Assembly: GCA_963818475.1 (NCBI GenBank)
Contig: CAWFSF010000005.1
Span: 192,001 to 256,000 of the forward strand
DNA: 64,000 nt
Reading direction: 5' to 3'
Source of the DNA: Nitrospirota bacterium
GTDB lineage: Bacteria > Nitrospirota > UBA9217
Each line of letters opens with the position of its first letter. The stretch's first letter is position 1. A program made the position numbers and the translations under genes. Below, in pieces: positions 1 to 10,398 of the stretch. Under the pieces are notes generated by a model. It was not told where the DNA came from. It did not search any database and saw only the letters and a program-made list of their open reading frames with translations.

Positions 1-625
1 ACTTCCCGACACGCTAACTGATAGACCGTCATCTATTTGGTTAACTGCACCTGACTTATTAAGCTCAACATTTGCAATCCTCTTATTAGAATCTTTAACG
101 TAACTAAAATAGACTCTTTTTGAACCCTTGCTCCAAGTGGGAGAGCTGAAGTGTTTTCCTTTTGCAATGGAGTACACTCTTCCGTCAGTAATTGACAGAT
201 AGCACAACTCACCTGGTTGATCATGATGCATATCATTTGCAGCAAAAGCTATTCTTCCTTCACCGTCAATCGACATCCCGCGAATATAATCTTTACCTGT
301 TGGTATTTCTTTCAAAATTGAAGAGGTTTTTTCATCCAACACTCTTATTGAAGCTGTACCCTTCTGGGGTTCTTTATTTGCGACAGCAACAGCGATAATC
401 TTTCTTCGTGGTTCGTAAGCGACAGACGTTATCATGTAAGCACCTGCTTCATCAAGTTGATAAATTATTTGGCCTTTCGGATGTTCCCTCGAATATTCAG
501 CAACAGCAAAATCTCTCGCGCAGACTATTACATACCGTTTCTGGCATGATTGGATTGCGAGTACATTGGGCAAGCAATGCTAGCAACAGACCGATTAATG
601 TCAATTCAGTTATTTTTCTAACCAT
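1..625 (-). CDS. putative RHS immunity protein, secreted/lipoprotein-like with TolB/PD40-type beta-propeller motif (runs off window start; one frameshift near 515)
   Basis: Not in the ORF track. Manual translation: MVRKITELTLIGLLLALLAQC..., frameshift, then DFAVAEYSREHPKGQ...FSSPTWSKGSKRVYFSY..., open to position 1. GGAG RBS, low GC, directly downstream of the RHS C-terminus. Confidence 0.6.
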
Positions 626-658
626 ACTTTCTCCGTTATTGTGATGACCAGTCAGTTG

Positions 659-1207
659 CTACTTCTTATTTTTGCAACATTCAGGCGAGTTGGCTTTAAA
701 GCATTTACCAGTGACATATCCAGCAAAAGTCGCACAATTGTTCGTTAGGCCCCAGCGGCCGAGAGGCTTACCAAGTATCAACTCATTATTTACGCAAGTT
801 TCATCAACACATTTTAATTCTTGGCAACTGCCTGTTTCGGTACTATGATCACATAGTTTAGTCTGGGCTAAATAAGGAGAACCGACTAAATCACCGCAGT
901 CCATTGTACCCATACCCATAGACTTTGTAGAAGTTCTTACCCACATATGCTGTACCCAGTTCGGAACCCAGGGAACATTAACTGATCTACTGCATATTTC
1001 AACCTTCAGGCCTTTTTCATCAAAATAACTAATGGAATTATTTTTTGCATATAAATACAGATGATTTTGCCCTCGATTGATCCCAATAGGATCAGCTTCC
1101 ACGTATGTTCCGAGTGGTGCATTATAATCACGATTAAGGTTGTAATTCAGGCCCGTCTCAGCATCGAAGTACTGCCCAGGGAATCTGAGGTTGTTCGTGA
1201 TCGTCAT
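659..1207 (-). CDS. RHS-associated core end plus C-terminal toxin domain (3' part of the RHS gene, separated by frameshifts)
   Basis: NLRFPGQYFDAETGLNYN...ADPIG...LYLYAKNNSISYFDEKGL core motif followed by a divergent Cys-rich tip. Confidence 0.85.
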   Translation of the reverse strand: MTITNNLRFPGQYFDAETGLNYNLNRDYNAPLGTYVEADPIGINRGQNHLYLYAKNNSISYFDEKGLKVEICSRSVNVPWVPNWVQHMWVRTSTKSMGMGTMDCGDLVGSPYLAQTKLCDHSTETGSCQELKCVDETCVNNELILGKPLGRWGLTNNCATFAGYVTGKCFKANSPECCKNKK

Positions 1208-1393
1208 GATGGTGATGTTGACTTCGCCAAAGGGTTTGTAGTCAGCGGACCATCAACCATCCCCTGAAGCTGTCCGTCATCTTCTGCGGAGTACCTAAAT
1301 GATCGTTGTGGTAGTAGTACGTATTCGCCCCCTCCATCTTCGCCAACGGCTGTCCATTCAAGTATACATATTCCGCTGCTGATTGTTCCAGCA

Positions 1394-4300
1394 CTATTCG
1401 ACTCCGCGATAATCTGACCACCTCAGGCTGTAATGGAATATCGAGGTTGTTCCATTCACGACCTTCTTCACCCGCTGGCCGTTGCCGTTGTAGGTGTAGT
1501 TTGCCGTCATTGACCCGTCATTCACCTGGATCAATCTCTGGTTCTGGTTGTAGACATACTGGCGAGCAGCTTCTGTTGTCGTATTCCCGTTGTTGTCGTA
1601 TCCAAATGTTATGCCATTGGCAGTGTTCAGCTTGTTAGTATTCTGGTAGTACGTATAGGCATTCGTATTCTCGGTCTGCCTGTTCCCTACCCCGTCGTAA
1701 GTCCAGGCCAAACTGCCCCAGATACCCGTTGATGTGGCTGTCCAAAGCCGGTCAAGATTATCGTAGGTGAAGCTCTTGTTCTTTGAAGCATCGAGGCTGT
1801 CCGTAATGGCTGTTATATTCCCATTGCTGTCATATCCGGTATAGCCGAGGTTCAGGACCGCCCCTGCTGTTATGGAGCTGATCCTGTACTGGTTATCGTA
1901 GCCGATCGTGCCGCTCAGGCCATTGCCATAGGTGATCGCATTCATCCCGCCGAAGGGCTTGTAGGTGATGCTGGATGCGAGGTTGGCGGCACCGTTGAGG
2001 ACACTGACTGCCCTGTCGTTGGTGTAGTTGTACGTGATGACCTTGCCTGACGGGTAGGTCATGGTCTTCAGGTTGCCGTTCTGGTCGTAGGTGTACTGCG
2101 TCACGTACGTCACGGTGTCGATTACCTTGGTCTCTTTTTTGACCTGCCCTTTTGGCGTGTACTCGTAGGTCGTCGTTCCCGATGCATCGGTCATGGAACA
2201 GAGACGGCCTTTGCCGTTTAGGCAGGTGTCGTAGGAATAGACCGTGTCTGTATCAGCCGGATAGTCGATGGTCGTCAACCGGTTCAGCGCGTCGTAGGTA
2301 TAGGAAATCGTGATTCCCTTGGCGTCGGTTTTGGTCATGAGATTCCCGGCAGGGTCGTAGGTATAGGTCGTCGTACCTGTATCCGGAGAGATAACCTGGT
2401 ACACCCGGCCCTTGTCGTCGTAGATGTAGGTGGTGGCGTTGCTATTGGCATCGGTTACCGTGGTCAGGTTGTTATTTGCGTTGTAGCCGTAGCCGGTGGT
2501 GATCGTACCGGGCTGAATGGTTGCTGTCAGCCGGTTCAGCGCATCGTATGAGTAAGTTGTGAGCGTTGAGTTCGGAGTTCGGAGTGAGAGCCTATTTCCT
2601 CTGGAGTCATACGAGTATTCGGTATAGCTGGTATCGGGATTGGTAGTCCTTTTCAGCCTGTTCAAAGCATCATACTGGTAGCTCAGGCTCTTCTGGAGGC
2701 TGTTGCCTGCATCCCTGATCTCTTCGGTGAGCTTATTCCCTTCGGAGTCATAGGTATAGTTGATGCTGTTGCCAAGGCTGTCGCTGATGCTGGCGAGGTT
2801 GCTGTTCGCATCGTATCCGTAGGTTATGGTGTTCCCTTCCGGCAGGGTGATATGATCGATCTTGTTCGCACCTCCGCAGGAGGTGCAGCCTCCCACGACG
2901 TAGGCATATTGCGTAGGGCTGGTGTCGCCTGCTGCCGTGACCGTAAGCACTCGTCCGTTTTCGTCATAGGTATAGGCTGTGCTGTTGCCGTTCGGGTCAA
3001 GGACGTTCCGGGGATTGCCGAGGGCGTCGTGGTTACTGTAGGTCGTTGTGCCGATAATGGGCTGGGTCAATGAGGTCAGGTACCCGGTTGTGGGATCGTA
3101 GGCATAGCTCGTAACGTCGGTCACATCGGTCCTGGGGCCGTCGATGCTCGTGAGCTTGCCGTTGGTATAACCATAGGTCGTGGTATTGGAGTAGGCCGTG
3201 CCACTGCCCAGAAGTCCGGCATCGGTCGTTGTCAGAAGATTGCCGGTCGCGTTGTCATAGGTGTTGGTAACGGTCTTGTTCTGATTCGGGTCTACTACGC
3301 TCTTGACGATCTCCTGGGCCACCTTGTGGAACGTAGCAGTTGTGGCTAACGGATCGATCTCATACTGGTAGATGTACGTCGTGGTCTTCTGAATAGCAGC
3401 CCAATCACTCGGGCTGGGTTTGCTTGCCTCTGTTTTGGTCTTCAGGTTGCCGTAGGTGTCGTAGGTGAAATCGTTAGCTGACCTGAGCACAAGGACCGGC
3501 ACGGGCACCGTTCCCGTGTTTTCCCAGTATTCTTCGCGGGTGATCTTTGTCTGGCTGTTTCTTGCATAGGTCGTGACGTTGCCTACGGTGTCGGTCTCTT
3601 TTACGACCTGTCCGTTCTCGCCGAATTCTACGGTCCGAATGTTCGTGTTCAGGACCGCGCCGGAGCTGTCTTTGATCGTGGTCGTGACCTTTGTCTTTGC
3701 ATAAGCAGCGAGGTACTCGAAATCGATTACGCCTGTTCCGTGGGTCTGCCTGGTCACCCGTCCGTTGGTGTAGGTATTTACATACTCGCCTTTGCCTTCG
3801 TCCACGCTCGTCATGAGATGCATGTTGTTGGGATTGGTATATCCGTAGGTGATGTTTGCCTCGGGGCCGGTGACGGAGGTAAGGTTGCCGATGTTGTCGT
3901 GACCGTAGTTAACCGTCCTTCTGCTGTCGGTGATGCTGCTGAGCCTGCCGTTAAGGTCGTATATGAAGGTTACTTGTGCGCCGGTCAGGTTCCCGGAGGC
4001 GTTTTTTTCCTCTATTTTGTAGATCTTGTAATCGTATGCCACGATAAGCGGGGTCGTCCCGACATTGTAGAGCAGCAGGCCCATGAGACCGTCACGGACC
4101 TGGGCGGTATAGGTGATCGTGATGGAGGCTCCTGTTGCGTCAATGAGCTGAATAAGACGACCCTGGGGATCATAAACGTCCCTGGCCCCGCTTTTGTCGG
4201 TGAAGGTATAGCTGTTGTCAGCGTTCTGGACAAGGGTGCCGCTTTCGCCGAGGGGGGTGATATAGTTAATAGTATAAGGATTATTATCAACATCAACAGG

Positions 4301-4720
4301 GTTCCAGCTGAACCGCCGTTTCCAGCCGCATTCTTTCCTGAGGGTGACGGAGCCGTCGGGGTAGGTATAGAGTCTGCGGTCGTAATTGACGGCCCAGCCG
4401 TAGCCCAGGGGGCTGTCGTAGCCGGAGCGGCTGTTGTAGATCCGCCGTACCGCGATCGGGTAAAGGTTCCCGATGGTAAGATCGGTGCGGGAGGTGGTTT
4501 CAGCGCCGGCCAGCAGGTTGATGGGTTTGCCGGCAAGGCCGGGGATATAGCCGTTCATGCTGGGAGCAGGATCGTCTGCGCAGGCGGCGATGTCGTCGGT
4601 GTCGTTCATGACGGCATCCTGCCTGGTGGCGCTTTCGGAAACCGACAGGGCATGGGCAACATTCGGGACGTATCCCGAAAAGAGAAATGCAATCAGCAAT
4701 AAACCTGTCAACCTACGCAT
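1394..4720 (-). CDS. RHS/YD-repeat protein with N-terminal signal peptide and DUF6531-like domain; continues through frameshifts at 1210-1440 into 659-1207
   Basis: Numerous YD repeats (YTYDALNRL, YTYDPAGNL); R.YNSR...PLGYGW motif; shifted frames at 1260-1410 read EYVYLNGQPLA and YYYHNDHLGTPQKMTD; GGAGG RBS before ATG at 4720. Confidence 0.9.
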   Translation of the reverse strand: MRRLTGLLLIAFLFSGYVPNVAHALSVSESATRQDAVMNDTDDIAACADDPAPSMNGYIPGLAGKPINLLAGAETTSRTDLTIGNLYPIAVRRIYNSRSGYDSPLGYGWAVNYDRRLYTYPDGSVTLRKECGWKRRFSWNPVDVDNNPYTINYITPLGESGTLVQNADNSYTFTDKSGARDVYDPQGRLIQLIDATGASITITYTAQVRDGLMGLLLYNVGTTPLIVAYDYKIYKIEEKNASGNLTGAQVTFIYDLNGRLSSITDSRRTVNYGHDNIGNLTSVTGPEANITYGYTNPNNMHLMTSVDEGKGEYVNTYTNGRVTRQTHGTGVIDFEYLAAYAKTKVTTTIKDSSGAVLNTNIRTVEFGENGQVVKETDTVGNVTTYARNSQTKITREEYWENTGTVPVPVLVLRSANDFTYDTYGNLKTKTEASKPSPSDWAAIQKTTTYIYQYEIDPLATTATFHKVAQEIVKSVVDPNQNKTVTNTYDNATGNLLTTTDAGLLGSGTAYSNTTTYGYTNGKLTSIDGPRTDVTDVTSYAYDPTTGYLTSLTQPIIGTTTYSNHDALGNPRNVLDPNGNSTAYTYDENGRVLTVTAAGDTSPTQYAYVVGGCTSCGGANKIDHITLPEGNTITYGYDANSNLASISDSLGNSINYTYDSEGNKLTEEIRDAGNSLQKSLSYQYDALNRLKRTTNPDTSYTEYSYDSRGNRLSLRTPNSTLTTYSYDALNRLTATIQPGTITTGYGYNANNNLTTVTDANSNATTYIYDDKGRVYQVISPDTGTTTYTYDPAGNLMTKTDAKGITISYTYDALNRLTTIDYPADTDTVYSYDTCLNGKGRLCSMTDASGTTTYEYTPKGQVKKETKVIDTVTYVTQYTYDQNGNLKTMTYPSGKVITYNYTNDRAVSVLNGAANLASSITYKPFGGMNAITYGNGLSGTIGYDNQYRISSITAGAVLNLGYTGYDSNGNITAITDSLDASKNKSFTYDNLDRLWTATSTGIWGSLAWTYDGVGNRQTENTNAYTYYQNTNKLNTANGITFGYDNNGNTTTEAARQYVYNQNQRLIQVNDGSMTANYTYNGNGQRVKKVVNGTTSIFHYSLRWSDYRGVE

Positions 4721-4759
4721 GAAATCCTCCACAAATCTTTGATGGTACGCTATACGTTG

Positions 4760-5575
4760 TCAATTGTTCGGGCAGCAATTAGGATTTCCGCAGCAAGGGT
4801 CGCCACAGCAGGGGTCATTCCCTAAGCCTTCATCGGTCCATCCGTTGCAGTTGTTATCCAAGCCGTCACATATCTCCTGCTGTGGCAACTGCTGATTCTG
4901 ACACGTTCCCCACTGGCCGTTCGAGCATGTCTTGCTCCCCTGCCGACAAATGCCAACGCCGGCCGTACCGACGGGACCTTCATAGCAGGCACTGATCTCG
5001 CCGTTCGAACAATTTCCCCCGGCGCGAAAAGTGAAAATCTGATCCGTTATGTATCCAGGGCTGCGGATAGACATGGAGCCACAATTCGAAGGAAAGTTCG
5101 TTTGGCAACAGCCTGCTCCGTATATGTCCTGCAAATAAAATCTGACGGTGTGCAAACTGCCCGACGTAAACCCGGTTATACCCGTCGTGACAGAAAATCC
5201 CTGCTCAAGTCCCAGTTGGTCCCCATATACTGATATGGATACCTCTGAGAGAAACCCTTTATACACTCCATCAATTTCATAATGAAGCTGAGCCCTCGTC
5301 CCTGCTCCTTGTACCGGATTATAATCCCAGGGCTGTAACCCTTGCAGCGACCAACCCGGATTACAGGGCGCCCCGTTTGGGATCATCGGGTTAAAGGTCT
5401 GCTGTGGGGCGGAGTCCTCGGTCAACGTGTATCTTCCTAAAATAGTAAAAAACGATGTGGCTACGTAGTCGGACGCCGGAGAATTAACAGTAATAATTCC
5501 GTTGGCGCCCCATGAAAACGCGGGGGGGAGGATAGCAACAAAAATCAATAAAAGATTCAGTATTCTATTCAACAT
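4760..5575 (-). CDS. secreted Cys-rich protein with MopE-related/putative metal-binding motif
   Basis: Signal peptide; EICDGLDNNCNG motif; C-terminal DPCCGDPCCGNPNCC. Confidence 0.75.
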   Translation of the reverse strand: MLNRILNLLLIFVAILPPAFSWGANGIITVNSPASDYVATSFFTILGRYTLTEDSAPQQTFNPMIPNGAPCNPGWSLQGLQPWDYNPVQGAGTRAQLHYEIDGVYKGFLSEVSISVYGDQLGLEQGFSVTTGITGFTSGSLHTVRFYLQDIYGAGCCQTNFPSNCGSMSIRSPGYITDQIFTFRAGGNCSNGEISACYEGPVGTAGVGICRQGSKTCSNGQWGTCQNQQLPQQEICDGLDNNCNGWTDEGLGNDPCCGDPCCGNPNCCPNN

Positions 5576-5595
5576 TTTATTATCCTCATCTGCTA

Positions 5596-8500
5596 TTATC
5601 GTCGGATCACTAGGGTTGCATATGCGGTTGAACTCGAACCTGTCACTGTATTGCTGGCCCCTATCATGATCGTATATACGCCCTCCTCGGAGAGGATGAA
5701 CTTCTTCCCAGTCGTATCTTGGGCATCAAGCGCGTTCCAGTCGATGTTGTGGCTACCCGCGGCTTGCATCGCGTTGCTCAGGATTGTGACCGTCCCTGCC
5801 GGAGAAATAACTTTGGCTGTTACATTGGCAACGCGCGAAAGAGAGTACGTGATGCAGGCAAACTGACCATAAGAGAGGACAATCTCATAGGGGTCGCTGT
5901 TTAAACTGAAAATTCTGGGGGTATCTCCGGTCGTGATAATGTGATTTTCCCTTAAAAGGGATGCTATGGTACACGACGCAGTGGCATTAACAGCGCCTGC
6001 GACGAGCACTCCCGCGGAGTTTCTGCCGTCCCAGTCGTACGTATGGCTGCCGGGAACGGTCGCTAAACCATCTGTAATTCTTGCATTGAAGATATCAACG
6101 TTTACCCGCGAGGCCTGCCCGAGAACGTAGGTTATGGTCATGGGATCATTCTTATAGGGATCAAAAGCATCTTGTGAGCAGCTTATGTTCCCGGTTCCAG
6201 TCGGCACAGAAGGACTGTAGACGGTCGAACTGACGCCGTCTGTTGCCTCAAGAATATAAAGATACGCCTCATCCGGCACGGTTTTCCCTGTGCTGTCCTT
6301 CCCATCCCAGGTAAAGAAATATGTCCCCAGAGTTGAACAATTCTGTGAAGTCTGGTAGATCGGCGTTCCCCTCGGACCCTGCTTCTCGGGAATGACCTTG
6401 AGCGTTACCGTTGCCGCTGAACTGACGGTGAAGAAGATCGTGCTGGTCTCGAAAGCATTGGTGTTGATCATATTGCTGCCTGAGACCACATTGGAAATCG
6501 TCAAGCTTTGCAACAGAGTTATGGTCGTCGCAACCATAGCGTTGTTCCCTACCGCATCACTGGCTGTAATAGTGATGACGTTGTCGCCGTCAACTAATCC
6601 CGAGATACTGCAGCTCCAGGTGCTTACGGTGGGATAGGTGACCGGACCCAGCGTAGCAGTTGTATTCACTGACACAGTTACGCTTGCTCCACTCTCCATA
6701 GTCCCGGTAATTGTCTGGCTGTTGGTATAGGTTGGTGAGGTTATCGGATCTATGCTGATCGTCGGTGGGATGGTATCCACCGTAAAGTTCACCTCAGCAA
6801 AGCCCGTATTACGCGCCTCATCCGTCGCTTCTACCCGGACAGTATGAGAATCATCGGACAGCGTATCGAGCGCATTGCTCGAAACTTTAGCAACGATGTT
6901 GCCGTCCACTTTGACGACGACGGTACCGTCGCTCACGGCATATGTCAGCTGAGGTGTTGCCACGTTGGTAAATCCTGCAAGCGGCGATGTAATGGTAACG
7001 ATGGGGGCCGAAGTATCGAGGATGATCGTGTCAGCATAAGGGTCGGACCAGTTTCCCGCTGCATCCTTGAACATCACCGAGACGGTCTTAGTCCCGTCTT
7101 CCGCCGAGAGCGTCCAGGCCTTTGTCGCGGCGTAAGGCTCCGGAACGGACCATGCAGCGTCCTCATTTCTAAACCGCATCTCGGCGATATTGCTCGCATC
7201 CAGAGCTGTCAAACCGAGGGTCACCGTTGCATTGTTTGTGGTAATCGCTCCGTCGTTGATCACAATATTCCCTGATGCGATCTGATACGGCGTCGTTTCC
7301 CTGGAGATTACGCCATTCCCAAGCTGGCCTGACGCGTTATAGCCCCAAGCCCAGAGCGAACCGTTGGATTTTCGCGCTGCGGTGTGATATTGACCGTTCG
7401 CAATAGACACCCACACATTTTCAACTCCAATCCGGGTCGGTACATGCTTGTCTGCGGTGGTGCCGTCTCCCAGTTGACCATAACAATTATTGCCCCAAGC
7501 CCAGAGGGATCCGTCTGATTTGAGTGCGATGGTGTGATACTCGCCCGCGGCAATATGCGTCCACACGGCATCGCTCCCGATTTGCACCGGGGCAAACCTG
7601 GTTGTTGTAGTGCCATCGCCCAATTGACCGTTGGCGTTGAGGCCCCACACCCAGAGCGTGCCATCCGTTTTCAATGCAACAGTATGGGCCGCGCCGGCGG
7701 CGATCACTGACCACGTTGTCTCGCCGCCTATGCGAACAGGGGAAAGTCTCTGAACGCTGGTTCCGTCTCCAAGCCGTCCGTTCCAGTTGATGCCCCACGC
7801 CCAGAGAGACCCGTCTGATTTGAGTGCGATGGTGTGGTAAAGACCTGCTGCAACATGCGTCCATGTTGTATCTGTGCCTATTTGGGCTGGAGTAGCCCTG
7901 TTCGTCGTGGTGCCGTCGCCCAATTGCCCTGCGTTGTTCTGCCCCCAGGTCCAGAGTGTCCCGGACTGCAAGGCTACGGTATATGCCCACCCCGCTGAAA
8001 CAGCCGACCAGTTGTCCGCGATCCCTACTTGCACGGGCGAGGTTTTATTGATAGTCGTTCCGTCACCCAGCTGTCCATTCCCGTTATTTCCCCATGCCCA
8101 CAGCGTCCCGTCCGACTTCAACGCCATTGTGTGTAAGCGCCCTGCCGAGATCGCCTCCCAATTTGCATCGCTCCCGATCTTGACCGGTGTAGTTCGTTGA
8201 GTTGTCGTGCCGTCTCCCAACTGCCCGCTGCCGTTACTTCCCCACGACCATAAGGTTCCATCGTTCTTTAAAGCTGCGGTATGTGAACCCCCTGCCGCGG
8301 CCATGGACCAGGAAGTATCAAATCCTATCTGAACAGGGGTGGCGCTGTTGACGCTGGCGGCGTTGCCTAACTGCCCATAAGAATTATCACCCCAGACGGA
8401 CAGGGTGCCGTCGGTTCTTAGGGCAACGGTATGCCAGTTTCCTCCCGAGACCGCAGTCCACGTCATCCCCGTACCTACCTGTACCGGCGTGCTGCTGTTC

Positions 8501-9741
8501 GTCGTGGTGCCATTGCCCAGCTGCCCCGCATTATTATACCCCCAGGTCCAGAGGGTGTTGTCTGACTTCAAGGCCATGGTGTGACTAGTTCCCGCTTCAA
8601 CGGAGGTCCACGTTGTCCCGCTCCCGATTTGCACTGGGGAATATTTGCTTACGTAGCTGCCGTCGCCCAGCTGCCCCGCATTGTTATACCCCCATGCCCA
8701 GAGGGTGCCGTCTGACTTCAAGGCCACGGTGTGACTATTTCCCGATGCAACGGAGGTCCACGTTGTCCCGCTCCCGATCTGCACTGGGGAATATTTGTTT
8801 ACGGTGCTGCCGTCGCCCAGCTGCCCCGCATTGTTATACCCCCACGCCCAGAGGGTGCCGTCCGATTTGAGGGCCAACGTGTGCTGTGCGCCAGTCGATA
8901 TGACTACCCAATTGCTGTCAGTGCCAATTCTGACAGAGGAATACCGGTCTACAGTCGTACCATCCCCCAGTTGTCCGTTTCCATTATAGCCCCACGCCCA
9001 CAGCGTTCCGTCCGACTTTAACGCTATTGTGTATGTACCTCCTGCCGAGATCGCCGCCCAATTCGAATCGGTCCCAATCTTTACCGGCGCGGTCCTCTCC
9101 GTTGTGGTTCCGTCTCCCAGGCGACCGTTCCCGTTGAATCCCCAAGCCCATAAAGTCCCATCGGATTTCAACGCGATTGTATGTGCGCTCCCTGCCGAGA
9201 TCGCCGCCCAATTCGTATCGGTCCCAACCTGCACAGGGGAATATTTGTTTACTACGCTTCCGTCGCCCAGTTGACCGTTACCGTTATTTCCCCAAGCCCA
9301 CAACGACCCGTCGGATTTTATAGCCACGGTATGATACGTGCCGGCGACTATCTTTATATATACGTTCTCTGTCGGCGGCGTGGCATCAACAGTAAACGCG
9401 ACTTCTGCGAAACCGGTTTCTAAAGATGCATTCGTAGCCTCCACATGGACGGTATGTGGGCCGTCGGGCAGCGCATCAAGATTGTCTCCTGAGACCTTTG
9501 ATACAACGGCGCCATCAACTCTGACAATTGCTGTACCGTCACTGACACTGTAAGAGAGCAACGGAGTATTATTGTTTCCGAGGGTTGCTGTCGGTGAAGT
9601 AATTAAAACAGATGGCGGGCTGGCGAATACGTTTGTGGTAAAAACCGGCAGGAGCATCAGGAGAGTGGTCAATACTACCATCACAATTGACTTCCGCGTG
9701 GGCCGCGTTACAAAGTCATTTCGCATTCTGAGATCCGTCAT
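5596..9741 (-). CDS. large secreted RCC1-repeat (14 blades) protein with Ig-like and FlgD-Ig domains
   Basis: 14 copies of DG(T/S)LW.WG.N..GQLG.G; Ig-like domains flank the repeats; FTWDGKD and DWDGRN FlgD-Ig motifs; GGAGG RBS before ATG 9741. Confidence 0.9.
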   Translation of the reverse strand: MTDLRMRNDFVTRPTRKSIVMVVLTTLLMLLPVFTTNVFASPPSVLITSPTATLGNNNTPLLSYSVSDGTAIVRVDGAVVSKVSGDNLDALPDGPHTVHVEATNASLETGFAEVAFTVDATPPTENVYIKIVAGTYHTVAIKSDGSLWAWGNNGNGQLGDGSVVNKYSPVQVGTDTNWAAISAGSAHTIALKSDGTLWAWGFNGNGRLGDGTTTERTAPVKIGTDSNWAAISAGGTYTIALKSDGTLWAWGYNGNGQLGDGTTVDRYSSVRIGTDSNWVVISTGAQHTLALKSDGTLWAWGYNNAGQLGDGSTVNKYSPVQIGSGTTWTSVASGNSHTVALKSDGTLWAWGYNNAGQLGDGSYVSKYSPVQIGSGTTWTSVEAGTSHTMALKSDNTLWTWGYNNAGQLGNGTTTNSSTPVQVGTGMTWTAVSGGNWHTVALRTDGTLSVWGDNSYGQLGNAASVNSATPVQIGFDTSWSMAAAGGSHTAALKNDGTLWSWGSNGSGQLGDGTTTQRTTPVKIGSDANWEAISAGRLHTMALKSDGTLWAWGNNGNGQLGDGTTINKTSPVQVGIADNWSAVSAGWAYTVALQSGTLWTWGQNNAGQLGDGTTTNRATPAQIGTDTTWTHVAAGLYHTIALKSDGSLWAWGINWNGRLGDGTSVQRLSPVRIGGETTWSVIAAGAAHTVALKTDGTLWVWGLNANGQLGDGTTTTRFAPVQIGSDAVWTHIAAGEYHTIALKSDGSLWAWGNNCYGQLGDGTTADKHVPTRIGVENVWVSIANGQYHTAARKSNGSLWAWGYNASGQLGNGVISRETTPYQIASGNIVINDGAITTNNATVTLGLTALDASNIAEMRFRNEDAAWSVPEPYAATKAWTLSAEDGTKTVSVMFKDAAGNWSDPYADTIILDTSAPIVTITSPLAGFTNVATPQLTYAVSDGTVVVKVDGNIVAKVSSNALDTLSDDSHTVRVEATDEARNTGFAEVNFTVDTIPPTISIDPITSPTYTNSQTITGTMESGASVTVSVNTTATLGPVTYPTVSTWSCSISGLVDGDNVITITASDAVGNNAMVATTITLLQSLTISNVVSGSNMINTNAFETSTIFFTVSSAATVTLKVIPEKQGPRGTPIYQTSQNCSTLGTYFFTWDGKDSTGKTVPDEAYLYILEATDGVSSTVYSPSVPTGTGNISCSQDAFDPYKNDPMTITYVLGQASRVNVDIFNARITDGLATVPGSHTYDWDGRNSAGVLVAGAVNATASCTIASLLRENHIITTGDTPRIFSLNSDPYEIVLSYGQFACITYSLSRVANVTAKVISPAGTVTILSNAMQAAGSHNIDWNALDAQDTTGKKFILSEEGVYTIMIGASNTVTGSSSTAYATLVIRR

Positions 9742-9946
9742 GAAATCCTCCGGGATATAACAACAATTTGAAAAAGTCTTCTGCACGTAATCCTCCTGAG
9801 GTCACGAATCTACCGACCCGGCAATCTGGATCAGAAATAACAAGTGACAATTGTAAAGAGATGGAAGGCCCGTCAGCTGGCAGGAGGAGTTCGTTTAGTC
9901 ATGTACACCGTCCTGCAATGGAAGCATTCGTAATAGAAAGTGCGCA

Positions 9947-9974
9947 AATATAGCATACTTCAGAAGTTTTTCAA
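9947..9974 (-). promoter_or_regulatory. sigma70-like promoter upstream of the RCC1/RHS cluster
   Basis: Minus strand TTGAAA-16nt-TATATT with extended TG. Confidence 0.4.
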
Positions 9975-10398
9975 CCTAAAATTTTAGTTTTAGACATCAG
10001 TAAAACAGAAGTGACGATAAACACCTTGATATGAGCGGCCGGATACAATTCGGGGTATTTTAAGGCTATCGCCAGAATGCTGCAATTAGTTGCAAAATAT
10101 AAGGAGAAAAAAGGATTTGTTTTTTTGCTGCCCTTATCAGCCTTTAATCCGATGTTCCGTGACCTCATGCTTATTTAGTTAGTATGATGGCTCTGATTTG
10201 CAGCAACATGCAAGGCCGGACTTTAGTATGGAACAAGAACCAGATCTGATATGCCCTGCTTGTACCTTGCGCCCTATGCTGGCATCGCTGCCATGCGGAG
10301 ATTATTAGTAATACCTTTATATTATTGACATAACCATAGAGTTGCGCTTTCCTTTAAGTGTGGGGTATTCTTGAAGCACCACTTAAAGGAGAATTACC

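Noticed and set aside
7300-9330. CRISPR array or DGR template/variable repeat pair
   Set aside because: The repeats are in-frame 150-nt protein blades; differences are not adenine-specific and no cas or RT gene is present
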